Below, one piece after another: positions 47,374 through 56,937 of a DNA stretch of 59,786 bases. Positions within the stretch are counted from its first letter, which is position 1. Each line of letters starts with the position of its first letter. Source of the stretch: a virus. Taxonomy: Duplodnaviria; Caudoviricetes. Position numbers and translations under genes: made by a program. A model generated the notes under the pieces. It was given only the letters and a program-made list of their open reading frames with translations, ran no database searches and was not told the origin of the DNA. The DNA is taken from positions 1-59,786 of IMG/VR virus record IMGVR_UViG_3300027326_000002. One strand, given 5' to 3'.

Positions 47374-50300
47374 TCATGGAGTGAGGATTGTCGGATCGAC
47401 TGCGATTGCGTTCAACTCGGTCAAACCGAGCGCGCGCGTGATGACGAAAGCATACTTCTCGTAGCCCGTCACCGGAAGCGTTCCGTCGACTGGATGCTCG
47501 CCGAGGATGACCGTGGCCGTCGTGCCGGCAGTATCCACTGCTGTCGTATTGGCTGCACTCAAGCCCACGCCTTGCGCGTAGACCTGACGACTCGTGGCGC
47601 TGTTGATGACGACCGCGACCATGTGCCACGCGTCGTAGGCAAAGCCCGTGTCGGGTTCACTGGCCAACGCCGCCGTCGTGCTGTAGTTGCGCACCACCGC
47701 GTCGATGCCGTAGCTACCATCGAGCAGGATGGACACGAACTTCGCGCCGTTGTCGATGTTCAGGCCCATGACCTGGACACCCGAGCCGATGTTGGCCGTG
47801 CTCTTTTGGCGGAAGAAGCAGCCGATCGTGTACGGGTAGGCAGGGCATGCCAGGCCCGAGAACGACAGGTAGTCGGTGCTGGCGCCGTTGAGCGCGACGG
47901 CCGGCCCCGGCGACGAGCTGGTGTAGGCCGCCGTACCGTGAGCCGTGATCGCAGTGCCCGAGACCGACTCGGTCAGGCCCGCGCTCGTGAGCTTGCCCAG
48001 GAACACCAGGCCCGGCGTCGGAGGCGGCGGAGGCGTCGGCGTCGGAGGCGGGGGCGGCGTCGGGGTCGGAGGTGGCGGCGTGGGCGAAGGCGGAGGCGTC
48101 GGGCTCGGCGGCGGACTCGTGACGACCGCACCCGCCGTCGTGCGCAGGAACGACATGCTGCCCGTGCCGCTGGGCATGCAGACAAAACCCCCGAGCGCTG
48201 CGACGTACTTGAAGCGCGTCATCGCGCCGACGTGCGGCGATGGCGGCAGGCCCGTGACCGCAAGGATGCTCATGTCCCAGACGGTCGTGCTGTTGGGCGT
48301 GATCTTGTAGACCGTCGTGTCGCCGCCCTGGTAGCCGTCGGCGTTGCTGTAGGGGCAGAAGGCGAAGAAACAATCGAGCGTGGGCTCGTAGTCCATGCCC
48401 ATGTAGACCGGGACGCGAGACGAGAATTGCGTGTAGGCGGCGCTCGGGTTGAACGTGATCGGCGTGGGCACGCCGGTCGTGCGGTCGACCGTGAACGACG
48501 TGATGCCTGAACCGTTGCCTTGCCCGTCGCCGTTGCACAGCGAGTACAGGGTCTTGCGCTTTGAATCGAACGCCGTCGGACTCGCGGTGATCGTCGAGCC
48601 GTGCGTGTGCAGCGTGGTGACGGTGTTGGTCGACGGGACGAACTTGCCGATGTCGTAGAAGTTGTTCCCGATGAACCAGATATTCCCATCTTCGTCCATG
48701 CAATCGCACAGCGGCACGCCCGTCCAGGTGCCGGCGGCGTCCCAGGTGTTGGTGACGGGGTTGAATCCGTTCGTTGCGTTATTGCTGACGGTGGCGTTGG
48801 GCCAGGTGAAGCGGGTGTAGGGCTGGATGATCCGGCCGGTTTCCTTCGACCAGAAGCCACCCCAATAGCGGTGCGCCGCCGCGGGCTTGCCATCAGGCTC
48901 GTAGGTAACATCGGCCGAGATCGTCGCCGATCGCGCGCAGCGCAGCGTCCAGGCTGGCGAATTGACGCCCAAGTCGATCGAGCCGACCTCGTTGCCGCTG
49001 TAGTCGCTGTGGCCGCCGGTGGCGGTCAGCCAGATCTCGGTGCCGCGGACGGTGAAGCTGCTGTAGGCCAACCGCGAGTTGGTCGAGATCCCGCCGTCGA
49101 TGTCGTAAGCCGAGCCGGCCTGCACTGAGCCGGGGATCGTCACCCACTGATACTGCGAGGCCGCAAGAACCCAGGTGGGCAGCAGCGGCGTTGAAGACGT
49201 CACGCCCCACACCGGGCTGATCTGGTTGATCGAGTCGACGATGTTCCAGTTGGCGTTGAAACCCGCCTGCGTGACCGACCAGCCGATCGCGCCTTGCAGT
49301 CGCGCCAGGCCCGCTGACGCCCCGGCCGCATTGTGACGCACGCAATAGGCCAGCGCCGGCAGCATGTTGACCACGTAGCCGCCCGACGGCGGCATCGAGA
49401 TTTCGTTGATCGTCGTCGGGTCTTCCTTGAACTGCGCCGACGGAGCGTAGTACGAGGCCGCGTTCTTCGTGACCTGGTAGGCCTCGTTCCAGTTGGAGAA
49501 CCACGGGCCCGTGCCGCCCAGCCAGTCGGGGATGTGGTTGGACGACACCGCCAGGACGTAGGGCGCGCACTCCGTGAACAGGTAGTCGGTGCCGGTGTTG
49601 GTCGCGCCCAGGCGCCCCACGATCGACTTGGCCAGGTAGTTGACGAAGAAATCGAGCAGCTTAGTCTGCGACGTGGTGCCGATGGGCATCTTGGCTGCGG
49701 CGGCCCAGCCGAAGACAGCGACGATGAAGTCGTGCATCCATGCAGCGGCCATGTAGCCCGTCGCGGCCGCGGCTTGAGCGCCCGTGAACTGCGTCGTGTA
49801 GTCCAAGTTGTTGGCGATGAAGCCCAGCGGGTTGTTTGATTGCTCGACGTAGCGCGCATGGTTCTGGCTGATGACCGTGACCCACGAGTTGACGAACTGC
49901 GCCTGCAGGCCCGCCGCGTCGCTGTCGGGCGTGGCCATCACCGCGGTCATCAGCGTGCGCAGCACCCACGCCATTTGGCGTGTCTGCACCGCGCCGGACA
50001 GCGGCTCGATCGTGCCCACGCCATAGCCGCGGATCGAGTCGGCCAGGCCGATGTAGTTCATGGTGGCGGCGAACTGCACCTCCTCCATGAAATAGAAGCG
50101 CCCGGTCAGCAGGTAGGCCAGGAAGCCCACCGACGGATGGTGCGCCTGATCCCAGTCCGGGCCGACCGTGCCAGTCGACGGCGCCGGGAAGTCGCCCGTC
50201 GTCGATGAGTCGATCGACAGATTCGGATGATCCGCGAGCTTCAGTGGCCGGTTGGTCGCCTCGTCGCGGTAGTGGATCGGGTAGCGGCCCGCGCTGTAGC

Positions 50301-51567
50301 CGTTGCGCACGACAGCGGCGTAGACGGTCGGCGCCGTGGTCGTCAGGTACAGCACGTCGTGCTGCGGCAGCAGGCCGATGGGGCTCGCGAAACCGGTCGA
50401 CTCCATCGCGTCGCCGCTGTAGTCGAAGCTGCCTTGCTGCAGCGGCGTGAAAGTCGCCGGCAGGGACGTGACCAGCGAACTCGCGGGATCGACCGTAGCC
50501 ATGTAGGTCGGCACGACCTCGGTGTTTTGCAAGTACGCCTTGTCGTGCGTGATCGTGACGGCCGGATCGGCGCCCAGCCAGTACGACAGCGCGGTGCCCG
50601 AGACCAGCGGCGTGCGGCAACGGCACGGCAAGTCGACCGATAGCGTCGAGCGCGTGGTGCCGCCCAGCGTGAAGATGTAATTCGCGGCCTTGTTGACCGG
50701 GCCGGCGACGTGGATGTAGCCGTTCTCGATCCAAGGCAGCACCTCGACCGCACCGCTGGCATACAGGCGCACCTCGAGCCAGCCGACCAGGTGCGCGTCG
50801 GAACCGACGGGCTTCCTGTAGATCCACGACGACATTTGCGGGCCGCTGATGTGCGTGACGAACGGCGTGTCCCAGGCTGTCGTGGCCCACGAGACGGTGC
50901 CGAACGTGCCACAGGCGATGCTGGCGGTGATGCCCGTGGCCTTCAAGTCCGTGGTCGTCAGCGCAGTGCCCGTGGCCGACGTGCCCAGCGACAACGTGAC
51001 CGTCTTGGGCGTGTTGGCCACCAGCGCCACGGCGCCGGACAAGACCGCGAACTTCAGCGAGCCATCGGGCCACGCATTCATCGGCGTGACCTGCAGGTTC
51101 GTGACCTTGTCGGCCACGACGCCGGAGCCGGCCGGGATGTCGCCCTGCGCGAACGCAAAGCCTGCTGTGAACGGCGCCGTGGCCGTCGCGGTGCTGGTCA
51201 GCGTCAGCTGCTTGGCGCCACTGGTCACGGGAGCCGTCAGGCCTGGGGCCGGCGGCGGTGCCGGCGTCGGCGTGGGGCTGGGCGTCGGAGACGGCGTCGG
51301 GCTGGGCGTGGGCGACGGCGGGCTGGGCGTGGGCGACGGCGGCCCCGGCGTCGGGCTGCCCGTGACGATCAGCATCAGCGCGTTGATGGTGCCTTGCAGA
51401 TCCAGCGGCTCACCGGTGAGCGGATCACACAGCATGATCTGCTCGCGTTCCTCGCCATGAATGACCTTGGGCGAGTTCTGCGGCGTGGCCAGGCTCGTCA
51501 GCAGCGACACCATCTTGACGGGGTTGCCGTTGAGATAGCGCGTCGATTGCTTGGGGAAGTTGCTCAT
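47374..51567 (-). CDS. 1397-aa multidomain carbohydrate-active/binding protein (YetA/PL26-like N-region, beta-propeller, LamG-like C-terminus)
   Basis: PFTAGFAFAQGDIP...WPDGSLKFA; GGHSDYSGNE propeller-like region; WHMVAVV LamG-like region; two P/T/S linkers. Confidence 0.65.
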   Translation of the reverse strand: MSNFPKQSTRYLNGNPVKMVSLLTSLATPQNSPKVIHGEEREQIMLCDPLTGEPLDLQGTINALMLIVTGSPTPGPPSPTPSPPSPTPSPTPSPTPSPTPTPAPPPAPGLTAPVTSGAKQLTLTSTATATAPFTAGFAFAQGDIPAGSGVVADKVTNLQVTPMNAWPDGSLKFAVLSGAVALVANTPKTVTLSLGTSATGTALTTTDLKATGITASIACGTFGTVSWATTAWDTPFVTHISGPQMSSWIYRKPVGSDAHLVGWLEVRLYASGAVEVLPWIENGYIHVAGPVNKAANYIFTLGGTTRSTLSVDLPCRCRTPLVSGTALSYWLGADPAVTITHDKAYLQNTEVVPTYMATVDPASSLVTSLPATFTPLQQGSFDYSGDAMESTGFASPIGLLPQHDVLYLTTTAPTVYAAVVRNGYSAGRYPIHYRDEATNRPLKLADHPNLSIDSSTTGDFPAPSTGTVGPDWDQAHHPSVGFLAYLLTGRFYFMEEVQFAATMNYIGLADSIRGYGVGTIEPLSGAVQTRQMAWVLRTLMTAVMATPDSDAAGLQAQFVNSWVTVISQNHARYVEQSNNPLGFIANNLDYTTQFTGAQAAAATGYMAAAWMHDFIVAVFGWAAAAKMPIGTTSQTKLLDFFVNYLAKSIVGRLGATNTGTDYLFTECAPYVLAVSSNHIPDWLGGTGPWFSNWNEAYQVTKNAASYYAPSAQFKEDPTTINEISMPPSGGYVVNMLPALAYCVRHNAAGASAGLARLQGAIGWSVTQAGFNANWNIVDSINQISPVWGVTSSTPLLPTWVLAASQYQWVTIPGSVQAGSAYDIDGGISTNSRLAYSSFTVRGTEIWLTATGGHSDYSGNEVGSIDLGVNSPAWTLRCARSATISADVTYEPDGKPAAAHRYWGGFWSKETGRIIQPYTRFTWPNATVSNNATNGFNPVTNTWDAAGTWTGVPLCDCMDEDGNIWFIGNNFYDIGKFVPSTNTVTTLHTHGSTITASPTAFDSKRKTLYSLCNGDGQGNGSGITSFTVDRTTGVPTPITFNPSAAYTQFSSRVPVYMGMDYEPTLDCFFAFCPYSNADGYQGGDTTVYKITPNSTTVWDMSILAVTGLPPSPHVGAMTRFKYVAALGGFVCMPSGTGSMSFLRTTAGAVVTSPPPSPTPPPSPTPPPPTPTPPPPPTPTPPPPPTPGLVFLGKLTSAGLTESVSGTAITAHGTAAYTSSSPGPAVALNGASTDYLSFSGLACPAYPYTIGCFFRQKSTANIGSGVQVMGLNIDNGAKFVSILLDGSYGIDAVVRNYSTTAALASEPDTGFAYDAWHMVAVVINSATSRQVYAQGVGLSAANTTAVDTAGTTATVILGEHPVDGTLPVTGYEKYAFVITRALGLTELNAIAVDPTILTP

Positions 51568-53693
51568 GGCGTAGCCCCTGGTGAGTTCCTGCCCTTCATG
51601 CCCTCGGCCACGGCCGTCTGCACGATGCCGGCCAGCGCCTTGGTCTGCTGGGCCGAGTTCTCGCGCGCCGTGATGGCCTGCTCTTTTTGCTGCTCGAAGG
51701 CCTGCAACTGCTGCTGGTTGGCTTGCATGGCCTGCGCATCGGCCTGCATCTTGGCATCGATCTCATCGTTGGTGGGCACGACATCGTCGGCCGGCAGATC
51801 CATCGCCGCGGCGGTGGCGCGCAGCAGCGCCGCGCGGTGCTTGGGCCCGATGATGGGCGCGTCGATCGGATTGGCCGTCAGCGTCAGGAACTGCAGGCGA
51901 CGCTGCTGCGACGACTCGCGGATCAGGATCGCCGCGGCGCCGCGCGGCACCACGATGCAGTCACCCTTGATCGACTCGTCGGGGTTGTAGAGCATCTCGT
52001 GGATGAACGTGTCGTTGACCGTGGGTGCGATCACGTTCATGTCGATGTTGGAGATCGCGCGGCGCAAGCCCTTGGCCGCGTTGTTCATCAGCATGGACAG
52101 CCCGCCCAGCGTGTCGGCCGAGCCGCCCGAGCTCTCATTGCCGTAGGTGTAGCGCGGGATGCCCGTGGCGTCGTCGGCCTCGAGCGAGAATTTCTCGTAG
52201 ACGGCCATGAGCGGCCCGGAGCGGTCGTCAGGCTGGAAAAATCCGATGCCGGGGTTGACGCCCTGGGTCGGGTCGGACTTGAGCTGCCAGAGCTTCCACG
52301 GGAACATCTCCATGGACTGATCGCCGTCGGCGAACCGGTCGGCGTGCACCCAGACCTGCGGGCCCGAGGCGATCGACAGGTTGTCGGCCAGACGGCACAG
52401 CGTGGAGTTGCACATTTGCTGGGGCGTGCGCATCAGGTCGGGCACCGAACGGCCCCAGAACGCGCCCGGGATCTCGTCGTAGCAGGCCTTGCGGTAGGGC
52501 CGCGTGCCCATCAGGTTCGGGTTGAGCGCCGCGTACAGCACGTAGCTGCCGCAAATCACGACGTTGCACTCGTAGTCCTTGGTCTCTTCCAGGCCCGTGA
52601 CGCCCCAGCTCATGAGCTTCCAGCCGGGCACGGAGCCCCAGAACGCGAGCGCGTCGATCACGCCGGGCGGCGCCAGCCACATGAACGTGGTTTCCTGCTC
52701 GAGCCGTTGGCGCTCGGACTCCGTCCACAGCCACGCCTCGAGATGGCCGTTGGAGTAGTCGCGCAGCGCGCCGTCGATCTGGTCGTCCTTCCACCCGGGC
52801 ATGCCCTTGAAGTCGTAGAGCTCGTCGCGGCGGAACCGCATGCGCTCGATGAAGTCGCCCTTTTGCGGGCTGGTGGCCGCGGCCGCGGGGTAGGCGTCGA
52901 ACGGCGAGACGCGATGCCAGGTCTGGATCGGCACGTCCTTGACCACGGGCTTCCAGCCGTCTTCCCAATGCAGCTCCTTGCGGCGCGAGTAGATGGGCCC
53001 TTTGAGGATCGCCGCCGGGAACGTGACGAAGTCCTCGACGAAGCCGTCCATCGCCTGGGCGTAGCCGCCATCCTCGAGCCGGTCGCCGATGACCTTTTCC
53101 ATGCGGGCCGCGCGTTCCTTGGCCATCTTGTCGAAGGTCTTTTCGGCGTCCTCGCGCAGCTTGTCGCCGATCATCATGACCATGTCGCGGAACTCGCCCG
53201 GATCCATCACAGCGCCGGCCTGGCCTGCCTGCGCCATGGCTTGCTTGGCCTGCGCGAGTGCCTTGTTGACCACCGCGTTCTTGAGCGGGAACGGCAGGTC
53301 GGGGCGCGGGCTGGGATCGACTCCCCACGGCTGCTCGCCCACCGGCAGCACGATCTCGCGGATCCACGCCGAGGCCGCGCGGCACTTGGTCTCGGTCAGC
53401 GGCGCGTAGATGATGTTCATGCCGCCGCCCGAGGCCGCCTGCATCATCGCGACCTCGTCGGGCGAGTACACGCCGCGGCGCGCGCGCAGGTCAGCCAGCA
53501 ACTTGCGGTCGATGATCCACTTGGAGAGCTTGTTGCGGCTCCATGAGAGCCGCACGTGGCCAGCCAGCGCCGACTCGAGCAGGTCGCCCGAGAGTTCGCG
53601 CGCGGTGTCGGTCACGGACGCTGCCGCATCGCGCTGCAAGACCTCGGACAGGCCAAGGGAGCGAACGAGCGGGTTGGAAGTCGCAGCGGCCAT
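51564..53693 (-). CDS. portal protein
   Basis: 709 aa after terL. VSPFDAYP, FWGRSVP.LM...Q, DN..IASGPQ, TGIPRY.YG, GLSMLM. Confidence 0.92.
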   Translation of the reverse strand: MAAATSNPLVRSLGLSEVLQRDAAASVTDTARELSGDLLESALAGHVRLSWSRNKLSKWIIDRKLLADLRARRGVYSPDEVAMMQAASGGGMNIIYAPLTETKCRAASAWIREIVLPVGEQPWGVDPSPRPDLPFPLKNAVVNKALAQAKQAMAQAGQAGAVMDPGEFRDMVMMIGDKLREDAEKTFDKMAKERAARMEKVIGDRLEDGGYAQAMDGFVEDFVTFPAAILKGPIYSRRKELHWEDGWKPVVKDVPIQTWHRVSPFDAYPAAAATSPQKGDFIERMRFRRDELYDFKGMPGWKDDQIDGALRDYSNGHLEAWLWTESERQRLEQETTFMWLAPPGVIDALAFWGSVPGWKLMSWGVTGLEETKDYECNVVICGSYVLYAALNPNLMGTRPYRKACYDEIPGAFWGRSVPDLMRTPQQMCNSTLCRLADNLSIASGPQVWVHADRFADGDQSMEMFPWKLWQLKSDPTQGVNPGIGFFQPDDRSGPLMAVYEKFSLEADDATGIPRYTYGNESSGGSADTLGGLSMLMNNAAKGLRRAISNIDMNVIAPTVNDTFIHEMLYNPDESIKGDCIVVPRGAAAILIRESSQQRRLQFLTLTANPIDAPIIGPKHRAALLRATAAAMDLPADDVVPTNDEIDAKMQADAQAMQANQQQLQAFEQQKEQAITARENSAQQTKALAGIVQTAVAEGMKGRNSPGATP

Positions 53694-53752
53694 CGGGCTA
53701 CCAGGTCAATGGAGGTGGCCGGATCGCGCGGGCGCGGGTTCCGCGGGTGGTC

Positions 53753-53828
53753 TGGTGGATCGCGTGGGGCTCGAACCCACCGAAGCTGGCTTGCAGGGCC
53801 TGCCTGCCTGCGCCCCTGCGCGCAACCC
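53753..53828 (-). tRNA. atypical tRNA-Ala(TGC)-like gene
   Basis: 76 nt GGGTTGC...GCGATCC-A-CCA with G3:U70 and A73. Perfect T-arm GTGGG-TTCGAGC-CCCAC. Anticodon loop CCTGCAA. Non-canonical D-arm. Confidence 0.65.
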
Positions 53829-53830
53829 AA

Positions 53831-53868
53831 TGCCGCGCAGTGTAGCAGCGGCTGGGCTACCTCGTCCA
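53831..53868 (-). promoter_or_regulatory. promoter upstream of the tRNA-like gene and portal
   Basis: TGGACG-18 nt (ending TGC)-TACACT-GCGCGGCA, matching the TATACT-GCGCAGCA element at 42357-42370. Confidence 0.6.
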
Positions 53869-55521
53869 GATGACCCGGCGATGCACCACCGGCCGCACCT
53901 TGGCCACGTGCACCTTGCGGTCGATCAGCTCGGGGATGAACGACAGGGCCATGCTATCGGCCTTGTCCGGGGACTTGAAACCGCGCTTGCGCGCGTCCTT
54001 CTTGGTCTCGAGCTGAATGCGCATCTTGCCGTCGTAGCCGTAGGACAGGCCCGTGAGCTGGTCGGCCAGGTCGTCGTCGTCGGGCACCTGGCCGGTCTCG
54101 AGCCACGTGCGCATCGCACCCCAGGCTTCGGAGCGCTGGTTGAAATACTGGTTCACGTCCTTGGCCGGCTGGCCCCACATGATGGGCATGAGCGTGATAC
54201 CCAGGTTCATGCGCTTCAAGACCCCATCGAGCTCGGCGCCGTTGCCGATGGCGTCGTAGACGATCGCGGCGATGGGCGCGTGCTCGCGCGCCAGGTTCTG
54301 CACGCGCCCGCCGATGTCGAACCCGTCAAAGCCCTGCAGCTCGATCTGGAACAGCACGCGCTGGCCCTGGCGCAGCGTGATGACGGTCGAGTCATCGCCG
54401 AACCGCGCCGGATCGACCGCCAGGAACTTCTGGTGGATCTGGTAGATGCGCGGATCCAGCCGGCGCCGGCGCGCCTCGGTGACGGTGCCTGGCGCGATGA
54501 AGTTGTCGTAGCCCGCGCGCGGGAACATCCCCTTGACGCGCACGCGCACGAAGTCCGAATCCTCGCCGTACTCCTCGATCCAGGACTTGATCGTCGCCTT
54601 GTTCGTGAACGAGACCGTGCGGCTGTCCACGCGCGCGTAGGTCGAGTGCTTGTGGCGCCGCGGCTTGGTGCACTGGTTGAAGAACTCGCCCGAGGTGCGC
54701 GTGGGGTTGCCGTAGCGCAGCCAGAAGATCTGGGTCTTGGCATCGGTCAGCGCGCCGCGGCTGACCGTCCAGATGTTGTCGTGGATGTTCGAGGCTTCGT
54801 CGAACAGCAGCAGCAGGCGCTTGCCCTGGTTGTGCAGGCCGGCGAAGGCCTCGGTCTTTTCAGCCGACCAGGGCACCTGGTCGATGCGCCAGGTCTTGGC
54901 GCGCTCCTCGTCATCGGCGATGTAGATCGCCGTGGCCGTCATGGTGAACAGCTGCTTGGCGATGAACAGGCTATACCACTTTCCGAGCTCGGCCCACGTC
55001 TTGGTGCGCAGCTGCAGGTCGGTGTTGGCTGTGACCACGCCGCGCGTGTCCTCGCAGGTGGCAATCGCCCACAGGATCACCCAGCTGACCTCGGCGGACT
55101 TGCCCACGCCGTGGCCGGCCGAGATGTCTTCCTCGACCATGCAGCCGTCCAGGCCGCCTTCGCGGATGGCCTGGGAGATGCGGCGCTGCTGGTCGACCTG
55201 CCAGCGCTCGGGGCCTTCGAAGTCGGCCAGCGACGTGCCCGGCTCGCCCCACGGGAACGCCCAGCGCACGAAGCCCTCGAAGTCGTCGCCAAACCGTGCC
55301 AGGTCGTCGAACAAGGCGTCGATCGTCGAGCCCTCGATGGCCTCGTTGGTCATGTCCACGGCCCGGATGACGAGCGGGGCGCCGATGCTGGCCGCCGGCC
55401 CCAGCGGCACGGCCGCGCGCTCGTAGCAGGGCTTGAAGCGATCGCGATCGCGCGGCGAGTCGTCCAGGTCATCGACCGGGCGCGTGCCAAAGCGCTTGCG
55501 ATCCCGGTCAACTGCCGACAC
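53857..55521 (-). CDS. terL: terminase large subunit (true start may be later)
   Basis: SAGHGVGKS, LLFDEAS, GNPTR, AVDPARFGDD, SPDKADS. Confidence 0.95.
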   Translation of the reverse strand: MSAVDRDRKRFGTRPVDDLDDSPRDRDRFKPCYERAAVPLGPAASIGAPLVIRAVDMTNEAIEGSTIDALFDDLARFGDDFEGFVRWAFPWGEPGTSLADFEGPERWQVDQQRRISQAIREGGLDGCMVEEDISAGHGVGKSAEVSWVILWAIATCEDTRGVVTANTDLQLRTKTWAELGKWYSLFIAKQLFTMTATAIYIADDEERAKTWRIDQVPWSAEKTEAFAGLHNQGKRLLLLFDEASNIHDNIWTVSRGALTDAKTQIFWLRYGNPTRTSGEFFNQCTKPRRHKHSTYARVDSRTVSFTNKATIKSWIEEYGEDSDFVRVRVKGMFPRAGYDNFIAPGTVTEARRRRLDPRIYQIHQKFLAVDPARFGDDSTVITLRQGQRVLFQIELQGFDGFDIGGRVQNLAREHAPIAAIVYDAIGNGAELDGVLKRMNLGITLMPIMWGQPAKDVNQYFNQRSEAWGAMRTWLETGQVPDDDDLADQLTGLSYGYDGKMRIQLETKKDARKRGFKSPDKADSMALSFIPELIDRKVHVAKVRPVVHRRVIWTR

Positions 55522-55537
55522 TGCTGCACAGCGCGTT

Positions 55538-55762
55538 TCAGGCCGGGGTGGCGTCGAAGTAGTACGCCTTCCCGAGCTCGAACTGCTCGAGCGCGGCCGG
55601 GTTGTCGATCGTCATATCGAACTGGCCGGAGGGCGTCGCCTTCTGGAAGCGCTGATCCTCGGGAATCGACTGGTCGTAGACCGCCTGGAACGTCAGCTTC
55701 TTGGCGCCCCAGCTCGCGAACGAGGTGATCGAGGTCAGGGTGAACTTGGCGCGAACGGTCAT
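55538..55762 (-). CDS. conserved phage hypothetical protein
   Basis: MTVRAKF...F.KATPSG...I.NP.A...F..GK.YY.D. Confidence 0.75.
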   Translation of the reverse strand: MTVRAKFTLTSITSFASWGAKKLTFQAVYDQSIPEDQRFQKATPSGQFDMTIDNPAALEQFELGKAYYFDATPA

Positions 55763-55862
55763 AGGAAGGCTCCACGGCACGGGGTGAACTCGTCGGGCTC
55801 CTCGCCCTTTGCGAGATGGCGTGCCAACCACTCGCGAGTGATGTTCAGCTGCACGACGCGGA

Positions 55863-56162
55863 TCAGCCGCCGCGACGCTTGAAGCGACCCGGGCTGGTAG
55901 TCTGGGCGATGGCGTTGGGCGCGCCCGAGAGCAGGCCGTAGCCGAGCGCGGCGTCGGTGCGCGAGGGCAGCCCTTCGGCGGCGGGCACGGCCGCCAGGCA
56001 CTCGGGGTCGGTCTGGTCGACCACGCGCTGGGCGCGGCCGCGGCCGGTCATGAGCGAGGCGGTGCGCGTCTGGCCCACGCCCGTGGCCTGGGCCCGGAAC
56101 TGCTGGGGGTCGACCGCGGTGGCGCGGTGCGTGGTGGAGTCATCCGGCGAGATCTTCATCAT
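55863..56162 (-). CDS. hypothetical protein whose start overlaps the terS DLAG tail
   Basis: MMKISPDD... with GAGGA upstream. Confidence 0.6.
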   Translation of the reverse strand: MMKISPDDSTTHRATAVDPQQFRAQATGVGQTRTASLMTGRGRAQRVVDQTDPECLAAVPAAEGLPSRTDAALGYGLLSGAPNAIAQTTSPGRFKRRGG

Positions 56163-56937
56163 CGTCCTCACTGGCCGCGGGGGTGGATCGGGGTGCTCGA
56201 GTCGGCGTGGGCAGCGCCACGGCGCGCTGGCGCGAGTGTAGCGCGATGCTGTCGGCTTCGGGGACATCCAGGCCCAGGGGCGCGGCCGTGACGTCGCCGG
56301 CCAGGGATGGGTCATCGTCAACGCCGTACTCCAGGCGCTGGCCGCCGGCGGCCGTGGCCGGGTGCGGCAGCACGACGGCATCCTCGGCCTGCTGGTTGAG
56401 CTCCGCGCGGTTGACTGCGGCCTGGCGCACGCGCGCGGTCTTGAGCCGGTCGGCCAGCGCGTTGGCCAGCGCGTTCACGCCGTCCGAATCCTCGCCCACG
56501 ATCTTGAAGTGGCGCGCGAGCAGGCTCAGCGCCGCCATCTTGTCGTGCGTGCGGATCTTCTTGACCGTGAAGACCTCCTTGTCCTTGCCGTGGCCTTCGC
56601 TGCGCACCTCCACCTCCACGCGAGACACCGCGGCCGCCACATCGTCGCCCAGCTCGTGCATCTTGCGCAGCGTGCCGTACTCGTCGTCGAAGAGCTCCCG
56701 CGGATCGTGGAACGCGATGCGGGCGATCTCAATGAGCGTGCGCTCGGCGCTGATGCCGGCCTTGGCAAAGCGCTGCTTGACGATCTCGTTGACACGGGCC
56801 GAGATGTCCGGATGGCTCGTCAGGCTGTAGGCGTAGGCGGCGGCGTACCCGCACTCGACGGCCGCCTTTCGCGAATTGCCACTCAGCGCGTAGGTTTGCG
56901 CGAATGCTTCGTGCGAGGGATTTTCAAGTTGTGGCAT
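56140..56937 (-). CDS. terS: terminase small subunit, ends EDDDEDLAG*
   Basis: F..TY...GN.RKAA...GY, ISAERTLIEIARIAF.D.RELFD, DKMAAL.LL.RH. Confidence 0.9.
   Translation of the reverse strand: MPQLENPSHEAFAQTYALSGNSRKAAVECGYAAAYAYSLTSHPDISARVNEIVKQRFAKAGISAERTLIEIARIAFHDPRELFDDEYGTLRKMHELGDDVAAAVSRVEVEVRSEGHGKDKEVFTVKKIRTHDKMAALSLLARHFKIVGEDSDGVNALANALADRLKTARVRQAAVNRAELNQQAEDAVVLPHPATAAGGQRLEYGVDDDPSLAGDVTAAPLGLDVPEADSIALHSRQRAVALPTPTRAPRSTPAASEDDDEDLAG

Noticed and set aside
53700-53750. Second tRNA next to the Ala-like gene (CCACCTCCA end on the - strand)
   Set aside because: No T-loop or cloverleaf can be drawn.
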